A DNA stretch of 29,298 bases from assembly GCA_938074535.1 (NCBI GenBank), contig CALJER010000021.1, forward strand, positions 1-29,298, read 5' to 3'. Source of the stretch: an uncultured archaeon. Lineage in GTDB: Archaea; Hadarchaeota; Hadarchaeia; Hadarchaeales; WYZ-LMO6. Both the position numbers and the translations under genes were made by a program. Below the pieces are notes generated by a model, which was given only the letters and a program-made list of their open reading frames with translations, was not told where the DNA came from and made no database searches. Positions 23,578 to 29,298 of the stretch are shown one piece after another (the first letter of the stretch is position 1; every line of letters starts with the position of its first letter).

Positions 23578-24477
23578 ATGGTGGGGGTGAGGGTGAGGGA
23601 GGAGAGGTGCACGGGGTGCGGCAGATGTGTGGAGGTCTGCCCTGCCGGGGTGTTCGGGCTGGAGGGGGAGGGTGGGAGGAAGGTCGCGAGGGTGGCGAGG
23701 GCGGAGGAGTGCTGTGCCTGCAGGGCGTGCGAGCTGAAGTGTCCCGAGAGGGCCATCGAGGTGGAGGGGTACCAGCTTCTCAAGGTGGATCCCCCTCCGG
23801 ACTATCCTCCTGAGGAAGGACGCTACCTCAGGGGCAACGACTACTCACCTGTCGCGGTCTGTGCCATCCTGGACACCTACGACTTCCGGATACCACCGGA
23901 GCTCCTGAAGCTCGTGGAGGTGGGTGTGGAGGCGGGAGCCGCCCTGGCGGGAACCCTTCAGACAGAGAACATAGGGATAGAGAAGCTGGTGGCCAACGTG
24001 GTGGCCAATCCCAACCTGCGCTACCTGGTTCTGTGCTGGAGGGAGTCCCAGGGACATCTTCCCGCCCATTCCCTCCTTCAGCTGGTGGAGAGGGGCGTGG
24101 CCAGCGACAAGCGCAGGACCATTCTCGGGTCGAAGGCCCCCGCCCCCTATCTCCCCAACCTCCCCCTCCGCTCCATCGAGAGGTTCAGGAGGCAGATCAC
24201 CATCGTGAACCTGATCTCGGAAGAGGAGCCCAAGAGGGGGATGGACCCCGAGAACGTGAAGAAGGCCGTCCGGGCCTGCATCCAGGAGAAGCCGGTGGAG
24301 TTCATGGGGTACACCCTGTGGGATCCTGGCGCCTGGCCGGAGCCACCCATCTGTGAGAAGCTCTCCATGAGGGTGAAGGAGCCCTGGAGGCCGGAGCTCA
24401 CCAGGGAGGAGGCCGACGCCCTGGAGCGCATCAGGAGGGCGGCGGAGAGGATTGGGAAGTCCCGTCGCTCCGAGTAG
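23578..24477 (+). CDS. Ferredoxin::MtrA-like soluble corrinoid protein fusion (299 aa)
   Basis: N-terminal CTGCGRCVEVCP and CCACRACELKCP, then MtrA motifs YPPEEGRY..GNDYSPVAV, GAALAG..QTENIGIEKLVANVVANPNLRYLVLC..ESQGH (Co-ligand His position), PYLPNL...IERFRRQI and DPGA. No C-terminal TM anchor. Confidence 0.88.
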   Translation: MVGVRVREERCTGCGRCVEVCPAGVFGLEGEGGRKVARVARAEECCACRACELKCPERAIEVEGYQLLKVDPPPDYPPEEGRYLRGNDYSPVAVCAILDTYDFRIPPELLKLVEVGVEAGAALAGTLQTENIGIEKLVANVVANPNLRYLVLCWRESQGHLPAHSLLQLVERGVASDKRRTILGSKAPAPYLPNLPLRSIERFRRQITIVNLISEEEPKRGMDPENVKKAVRACIQEKPVEFMGYTLWDPGAWPEPPICEKLSMRVKEPWRPELTREEADALERIRRAAERIGKSRRSE

Positions 24478-25051
24478 CCCCTTCTTGCTCCTCCGGTGAG
24501 GGGGGCTTCTCTTCCCTCACCTCCTTCCCCAGCAGGAGGGTGAGGAGGGTTTGCTGGTCGATCTCAGCCCTGGTCCTCCACCCCACGTAGAGGGTGCCCT
24601 GCTCGTCCTCCGAGAGGTAGCCCATCCTGATGAACCTCTCCAGCGTGGGCTCCACCCTGAACTTGGGGAACTTCTCCTCCAGGATGCTCTCCACCTCCCT
24701 GAAGGGGGCCTTTCCCCCCTTGGCCAGCAGGTGGGCCAGGGCTACGGTGAGCATGGCCATGTCGTCTATCCTCCACCCGAAGGTCCTGGCTTCCGTGAGG
24801 GTGGGATGACCCTTCAGGGTGAGGAAGTACCTGTCGCTCTCGGGCTCTCCTCCCTCGCTCACCCTCTTGATGGTGAGGCCCAGCTTCCCCACCTCCTCCT
24901 CCAGCACCTTCAGCACATGCTCGTACTCCCTCCCCAGGGCCCTCTTCAGCTCCCAGCCCCTGGCGCCAGGCTGGGCGTGGTGCTTGAAAAAGAGGAGCTG
25001 GGCCGCCCTGGCCAGCTTCTCCCTCAGCTCAGCCTCTCCTCTCTCCTCCAC
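24431..25051 (-). CDS. ScpB/kite-like tandem winged-helix protein
   Basis: 206 aa, two WH-like halves, C-terminal LERFIRMGYL...LYVGWRTRAEID (reminiscent of the Nse3/MAGE WGPRAxxE). Third gene of the smc-kleisin operon. Confidence 0.7.
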   Translation of the reverse strand: MEERGEAELREKLARAAQLLFFKHHAQPGARGWELKRALGREYEHVLKVLEEEVGKLGLTIKRVSEGGEPESDRYFLTLKGHPTLTEARTFGWRIDDMAMLTVALAHLLAKGGKAPFREVESILEEKFPKFRVEPTLERFIRMGYLSEDEQGTLYVGWRTRAEIDQQTLLTLLLGKEVREEKPPSPEEQEGATRSDGTSQSSPPPS

Positions 25052-25820
25052 GCTTCCTCCTCCACTTCTCCCTCGAGATGGAAACTGGCACCGACATGCC
25101 TTCCCCCCTGCGCTGCGGGGAGGAACAGGGGAAGAGGAGCATGTCGTCCTCCAGAGGCTTCAGCTCCATTCCCGCGTATCCGTAGCTCACCAGGAAGCTC
25201 ACCAGCCAGGCCTTTCTCACGGTCTCCTCGAAGGTGGGGGCGGAGATGAACTTCCAGTACGAGATCCCCCCGTCCCTGGCCCTCCTCTTCAGCTCGTCCC
25301 AAAGCTCCGTGAGCAGCCTGTGGAACTCCTCCCTGCTCACGATCCCCATCCTGGAGAGCTCCTCCAGCGGGAGCTCGCCTCCGCCCTCCCCGCCCCCCTC
25401 CAGCTCCCTCCTCCTCTCCTCCAGGGGGGGAAGGTTGGTCCAGTACTCCTTTGCCTCCGAAAGGGCCGGGGGGGAGAGGGCCTCCAGCTCCACCGTCGGG
25501 TGCCAGGCCTTCGCCAGCACCTCCGCCAGGTCCCTCGGGGACATCACCTGCACCTTCAGGGAAATCAGGAGCGGATCGAGGTACAGGAGGGAGGAGCGGT
25601 GCTTGATCCACTCCCCCTGCTGGAGGACCACCTCTGCGAGACCCACCAGCGCCCGCAGGTCCAGGTAGAGGTCCTGGAGATCCCTGAGCCTGGGGAGGAG
25701 CTCCCTCAGCCTCCGCAGGAAGTCGCCCACCTGCACCTCGAAGGGGTCCAGCTCGTGCTTCCTCACGCTCTCGCAGAGGTCTATCACCCTCAGCAGGAGT
25801 TCCTTCCTCTCTCTACGCAC
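25029..25820 (-). CDS. ScpA/kleisin-like protein
   Basis: N-terminal ELDPFEVQV (ScpA LDPWDIDI-like) and C-terminal WH ISYWKFI...TVRKAWLVSFLVSYGY..L...EDDMLL. Overlaps the smc stop. Confidence 0.7.
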   Translation of the reverse strand: MRRERKELLLRVIDLCESVRKHELDPFEVQVGDFLRRLRELLPRLRDLQDLYLDLRALVGLAEVVLQQGEWIKHRSSLLYLDPLLISLKVQVMSPRDLAEVLAKAWHPTVELEALSPPALSEAKEYWTNLPPLEERRRELEGGGEGGGELPLEELSRMGIVSREEFHRLLTELWDELKRRARDGGISYWKFISAPTFEETVRKAWLVSFLVSYGYAGMELKPLEDDMLLFPCSSPQRRGEGMSVPVSISREKWRRKRGGERRG

Positions 25821-27669
25821 GCGTTACCACCCTCACCTGGGAGGTTCCCCCCACGTTCTGAACCATCACGATGTTGGGCACCTCCTCCACTCCCAGCAGG
25901 TAACCTGGCGTGATCACCAGGTACTGAACCCTCTCCCCCCTCGTGGCCTCTATGATGGAGCGGAAGATGGCCTCCCGGTTGCGGGGATCCAGATGGGTCT
26001 CGAACTCGTCTATGGCCCTGAGGGGCGACCTGATCTGCTTCTGGAGGGCCAGCAGGAAGAGCATGATGGCCGTGGTTCTCTCACCCCCGCTCTGGGTGTA
26101 GGCGTCGAGCAGCTGGGGGGAGGTACCCCTGAAGCCCACGTAAAGCTCCAGCCCGGCCCCCTCTATGTCCTCCGGATTCACCAGCTTCAGGTCCCCTCCG
26201 GCGTTCACCCTTTCCAGCAGCTTCACGTATTCTTCCCTCACCTGGCCCAGGAGTTTCTCCACCTCCCTCCTCCACCGCCTCTTCCTCTCCTCCACCTCCT
26301 CCAGCGCCCTCCTCCTGTTCTCCTCGGCCACCCTCGCCCTCTCCTTCAGCTCCTCCATGGTGGCCCGGTAGTTGAGGTACATCTGCTCCACCTCGGGCGA
26401 GACCTCCCCCAGCGTGCTCAGGTGGGCCCCCACCACCTTCAGCTCCTCCAGCACCTCCTGGGGTTTCCTCTTCGTCTCCACCCTTCCTCCCGCACCCTCG
26501 GCCTCCTTCCTCAGAACTTCCAGCTCCCTCCTGGTCCTCCTGGCCTCCCCCGAGAGGGAGTCCATCTCCCGGCGCAGGAGGTCCTGCCTCAGCTCCAGCA
26601 GGGCCTCCCTCACCCTGGTTTCCACGTATGCCTTCCTCTTTTCCGAGAGCTCCCCCTTGAGCCTGGCTATCCTCCCCCTCGCCTCCCCTATCTTGGCCTC
26701 AACCCTTTCCCGGTCGTAGCCCGGCAGGGAAAGGGCTCCACCCAGGCCTGAGAGCTTCCCGGACAAGGAGAGATACACCTCCCCCTCCGCCTTCAGCCTC
26801 TCCCCGGCGATCAGCTCCTCGTAGGAGGCCTCCAGCTCGAACTCCAGCCTGCCGACCTCGCCTTCAAGCTCCCCCCCTCTCCTCCTCTCCCTCTCCGCTT
26901 CCGTCCTCAGCTCCGCGAGCTGGTTCTGGAGCTCCTCCATCTCCGCCTCCAGCTCTCCGAGCTCCTCCTCCTTCCTGAGGTACCTGGACCACCGGTACTC
27001 GGCCTCCAGCTCCACCCTCCTCCTCTCCAGCTCCCTCTTCCTCTTCAGCCTCTGGTACTCCCCCTCCCAGTACCTGAGGGTCTCCTCCGCCTTCTCCAGC
27101 AGCCTCTTCACGGCCTCCTCCTCGCTCAGGGTGTGGGAGAGCTTCTGCATGGCGCTCAGGATGTTTTCCCTGTACTCGTGCAGTCCCACCGCTTCCTCCA
27201 CCAGCTTGAGCCTCTCCCTCGTGTCGATGGCCCCGAAGGTGTCCACCATGTTCTGGTGCATGATGATGAGCATGTTGTCGGGATTCAGGGAGAGGTGCTT
27301 CAGGAACCTCAGCAGCTCCCCCTTGGTGATGCTCCTGGAGTTTATCTCGTGCCAGTAGGTCCCGTCCCTGCTGAGGTACCGGGAGAGCACCACCGTGTCC
27401 GAGCTGAAGCCGGGGAGGGGTCTTTTCCCGTCCAGGGGTGAGTTGTCGAAGACCACGCTGACCCTGGCCAGGTCCTTCCCCCTCTGGATGAGGTCGCTGA
27501 GCCTCCTGGACCTCTCGGTGTAGGTCTGCCCGAGGGCCACGGACAGCCCCAGCAGGATGGAGGACTTCCCAGCCCCGTTGGGGCCGCACACGAGGTTCAG
27601 TCCCTGCTTGAGGGGAATCCGGCTGTAGGAGTGGCTCATGAAGTTCTCCAGGATGAGCTCCGAGATCGT
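25813..27669 (-). CDS. Short SMC-related ATPase (SMC5/6-like, archaea-specific ClsN/Sph/arcadin-4 class)
   Basis: ISELILENFMSH, Walker A GPNGAGKSS, Q-loop IMHQN, long coiled coil, signature QSGGERTT, Walker B RAIDEF and D-loop HLDPRN. About 618 aa. The conserved first strand lies upstream of ATG 27639 and has no ATG/GTG/TTG in frame, so ACG 27669 is proposed. Confidence 0.88.
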   Translation of the reverse strand, partial: TISELILENFMSHSYSRIPLKQGLNLVCGPNGAGKSSILLGLSVALGQTYTERSRRLSDLIQRGKDLARVSVVFDNSPLDGKRPLPGFSSDTVVLSRYLSRDGTYWHEINSRSITKGELLRFLKHLSLNPDNMLIIMHQNMVDTFGAIDTRERLKLVEEAVGLHEYRENILSAMQKLSHTLSEEEAVKRLLEKAEETLRYWEGEYQRLKRKRELERRRVELEAEYRWSRYLRKEEELGELEAEMEELQNQLAELRTEAERERRRGGELEGEVGRLEFELEASYEELIAGERLKAEGEVYLSLSGKLSGLGGALSLPGYDRERVEAKIGEARGRIARLKGELSEKRKAYVETRVREALLELRQDLLRREMDSLSGEARRTRRELEVLRKEAEGAGGRVETKRKPQEVLEELKVVGAHLSTLGEVSPEVEQMYLNYRATMEELKERARVAEENRRRALEEVEERKRRWRREVEKLLGQVREEYVKLLERVNAGGDLKLVNPEDIEGAGLELYVGFRGTSPQLLDAYTQSGGERTTAIMLFLLALQKQIRSPLRAIDEFETHLDPRNREAIFRSIIEATRGERVQYLVITPGYLLGVEEVPNIVMVQNVGGTSQVRVVTRA

Positions 27670-27771
27670 ACCACCACCTCCAGCAGTATGCTCCCCTCCC
27701 TCTCTTTAAAAGGTGGGGAGGGGGGGGCGGTGGGGATTAAAGGCCTGGGGGGGAATATCTCCGGTATCGGG

Positions 27772-28476
27772 ATGGTTCTGGCGGCGAAGGTCTTCGAGGT
27801 CAAGGAGAAGATGGAGCCGACGCTCATGGCCCGCAAGCTCAGGGACTTCAGGGAGGAGGAGCCCCACGAGAGCGGGGGCAAGAAGGTGGGCCTCAGGACG
27901 GAGATCCTGGACCTGAAGATGGAGGGGGGTGGGCTCGCGGGGGTCTTCAGCAAGGACTTCGTTCTGAGCAGGTACTACCGCCGAGGGCTGGTTGAGGTGC
28001 CCGTGACCGAGGAGGTGCCCTTCTGGATAAGATCTTTCAAAGGGAGGACCTTCCTGACGGTGCTGGCCCCCTCGAAGGCGAGGGGGGTGAAGAAGCTCCT
28101 CACCAACTACGTGGCCAACAAGCTGAGCGAGATACTGTTTCTCAAAACGGGGGGTATTGTGGAGGGCAGAATTACGCACGAGACCCTGAGAGACCTCCAC
28201 GAGTCCAACCCCCAGGCCACCAAGCTCATATGGTTTGACGATATCGACATCCCCAACGTGGGTAAGGTGGCCCTGGCGGGATCGGCCCTGGCGGACAGCA
28301 GGCTCTACAGGGAGTACTTGGAGCACGGGAAGATCTGGTACGCGGTGTTCGAGTTTCGCAAGTACGGCATGGTGGTGGGCATCACCAGGAACTGCGTGGT
28401 GACCACCTTCAGCAGGGTGGAGCTCAGGGACTTTTTGGACTGCGTGTTTGGGGAGATCCTACCCCTTATCTCTTGA
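27772..28476 (+). CDS. Hypothetical archaeal protein (234 aa) divergent from smc
   Basis: Clean ORF from ATG 27772 with globular alpha/beta composition (ANKLSEILF...ITHETLRDLHESNP..TKLIWFDDIDIPNV.KVALAG..L.DS.LY..YLEHGKIWYAVFE...VVGITRNCVV). ATTAAA lies about 30 nt upstream. Confidence 0.8.
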   Translation: MVLAAKVFEVKEKMEPTLMARKLRDFREEEPHESGGKKVGLRTEILDLKMEGGGLAGVFSKDFVLSRYYRRGLVEVPVTEEVPFWIRSFKGRTFLTVLAPSKARGVKKLLTNYVANKLSEILFLKTGGIVEGRITHETLRDLHESNPQATKLIWFDDIDIPNVGKVALAGSALADSRLYREYLEHGKIWYAVFEFRKYGMVVGITRNCVVTTFSRVELRDFLDCVFGEILPLIS

Positions 28477-28661
28477 GCCTTTCTTTTTCCCGCCCAGCTC
28501 CTTTCCCAGCTCCTTGCCGGATGCCATGACCTCCGACCCCAGCAGCAGATCCACCATCTCTTTCTGCTTCTTTGATATGCTCTCTAGAAGTATGGGGAAG
28601 GGGTCTTTTTTGGTTTTCGGGGAGGGAAGAAGAGAAAAGGGGGGAGAGGAAGAATTAAGGG

Positions 28662-28734
28662 GCCCCGGTAGCTCAGCGGGCAGAGCAGTCGCCTTGTAAG
28701 CGATGGGTCGTGGGTTCAAATCCCACCCGGGGCT
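28662..28734 (+). tRNA. tRNA-Thr(UGU), intron-less, CCA not encoded
   Basis: GCCCCGG/CCGGGGC acceptor stem, GCTC/GAGC D stem, GTCGC-CTTGTAA-GCGAT anticodon arm and GTGGG-TTCAAAT-CCCAC T arm. 73 nt. Confidence 0.96.
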
Positions 28735-28770
28735 CTTCAAAGGGTGCCTTCTAAAGGAGGAAAGTTTTTT

Positions 28771-29298
28771 ATGGAAGGAAGAAAATACTTTTTAATGTCC
28801 TCCCCGGAGAGGAAGGGGGAGAAGGCCTTCCAGGAAAGGGGGCAGATCGAAGCCAGAGAAAGGGAATACGTAAGGGAGCTCTACGCGGTTTCTGCGAGGT
28901 TCCTCCCCTTGGAAAGGGAAAGGGTGCTCTACGCCAGCCTGAAGGAGACCTTCGGCTCCGACCCCTTCGCCCTCCGGGACTCCCAGATGTACAAGAGGGG
29001 GGGCTACAGGCAGTCCAGGAGGAAGCAGGAGTTCGCCAGGCTGGGAAGGCAGGTGGCCGTGGAGAGGGGTCTGCCCGCCTACAACAGGGCGGTGGGCCTG
29101 CCCATAGGCCAGAGGCAGCTGGAGCCCTTCCTCATTTCCGGGACCAACATAGTGATAGAGCAGGACGACACCCACCACCTGAACAACGTGGCCATCCAGC
29201 AGATGCTGGACGACATCAAGCGCACCGTCATCGTGAACCTGGACATCGCCCACCGCATGCTCACCGTGAGGGCCGGCAAGGAGGTCACCCCCGAGACC
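28771..29298 (+). CDS. mcrA: Methyl/alkyl-coenzyme M reductase alpha subunit, N-terminal part (3' truncated by the window)
   Basis: Manual translation gives ...SLKETFGSDP...YKRGGYRQSRRKQEFARLGRQVAVERGLPAYNRAVGLPIGQRQLEPFLISGTNIVIEQDDTHHLNNVAIQQMLDDIKRTVIVNLDIAHRMLTVRAGKEVTPET, which is colinear with the McrA N-terminus (GGWxQSxRKxEF...RGIPxYNxxxGxPLGQR...[25 protein letters not shown]...RLGKEVTPET). Start ATG 28771 or 28795. Absent from the ORF track because it has no stop in the window. Confidence 0.93.
   Translation, partial: MEGRKYFLMSSPERKGEKAFQERGQIEAREREYVRELYAVSARFLPLERERVLYASLKETFGSDPFALRDSQMYKRGGYRQSRRKQEFARLGRQVAVERGLPAYNRAVGLPIGQRQLEPFLISGTNIVIEQDDTHHLNNVAIQQMLDDIKRTVIVNLDIAHRMLTVRAGKEVTPET

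Noticed and set aside
23578-24477. hgcAB mercury methylation genes
   Set aside because: No HgcA cap-helix N(V/I)WCA(A/G)GK motif and no TM domain. The corrinoid domain is MtrA-type, so the resemblance is only functional logic.
23578-24477. Part of a canonical energy-conserving Mtr complex indicating methanogenesis
   Set aside because: No mtrB-H neighbours in the window, no membrane anchor, and a ferredoxin fusion.
5046-24477. Two convergent gene pairs that both overlap by exactly 47 bp (5046-5092 and 24431-24477)
   Set aside because: The two overlaps share no sequence. Convergent 3' overlaps are common in compact GC-rich archaeal genomes, so this is treated as coincidence.
553-27589. Many long alternative-frame and antisense ORFs in the track (e.g. 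12984..15029, 18494..20554, 15944..17467, 7624..8964, 3332..4738)
   Set aside because: These are G/P/R-rich shadow ORFs expected in high-GC DNA, overlapping well-supported genes. Several track ORFs also have over-extended N-termini, which I trimmed.
24431-28476. Wadjet (JetABCD/MksBEFG) defence system or Rad50/Mre11
   Set aside because: The SMC is far shorter than JetC, and no Toprim JetD, Mre11 or zinc hook is recognisable.
28662-28734. tRNA as a proven prophage/island attachment site, and a link between tRNA-Thr and the ACG starts
   Set aside because: No integrase or duplicated tRNA 3' end lies inside the window. Initiation uses the initiator tRNA, so the Thr anticodon next door is coincidental.

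Overview
High-GC archaeal genomic DNA. The combination of a divergent MCR-family alpha subunit, methanofuran/H4MPT biosynthesis genes and a TACK-type SMC-related module suggests an anaerobic alkane-oxidising lineage such as Hadarchaeota, which is an inference. From left to right the window holds: (1) the 3' part of a giant Fn3-repeat cell-surface protein; (2) minD/parA; (3) HAD hydrolase, acylphosphatase, a hypothetical gene and an Lhr helicase; (4) an HdrD-like / Fe-S / ferredoxin trio; (5) a C1-cofactor cluster (ATP-grasp, hisA-like, mfnE, mfnF, mfnD, mfnB, DHPS-like, DUF447, citG-like) interrupted by a degenerate encapsulin-type ferritin-like gene; (6) an unusual arsenic locus; (7) a short SMC5/6-like ATPase with kleisin and kite partners plus a divergent hypothetical gene; (8) tRNA-Thr(UGU); and (9) the first 176 codons of a methyl/alkyl-CoM reductase alpha subunit, which the ORF track misses because it runs off the window. 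The best candidate for an undescribed system is the arsenic locus. A stand-alone HdrA-N-like protein, a ferredoxin, Acr3 and ArsR are transcribed divergently from a soluble 2[4Fe-4S]-ferredoxin::MtrA corrinoid fusion, with no arsC or arsM in the window. This suggests corrinoid/Fe-S-based metalloid chemistry analogous in logic to HgcAB. All family assignments come from motif recognition by eye and no database search was run.
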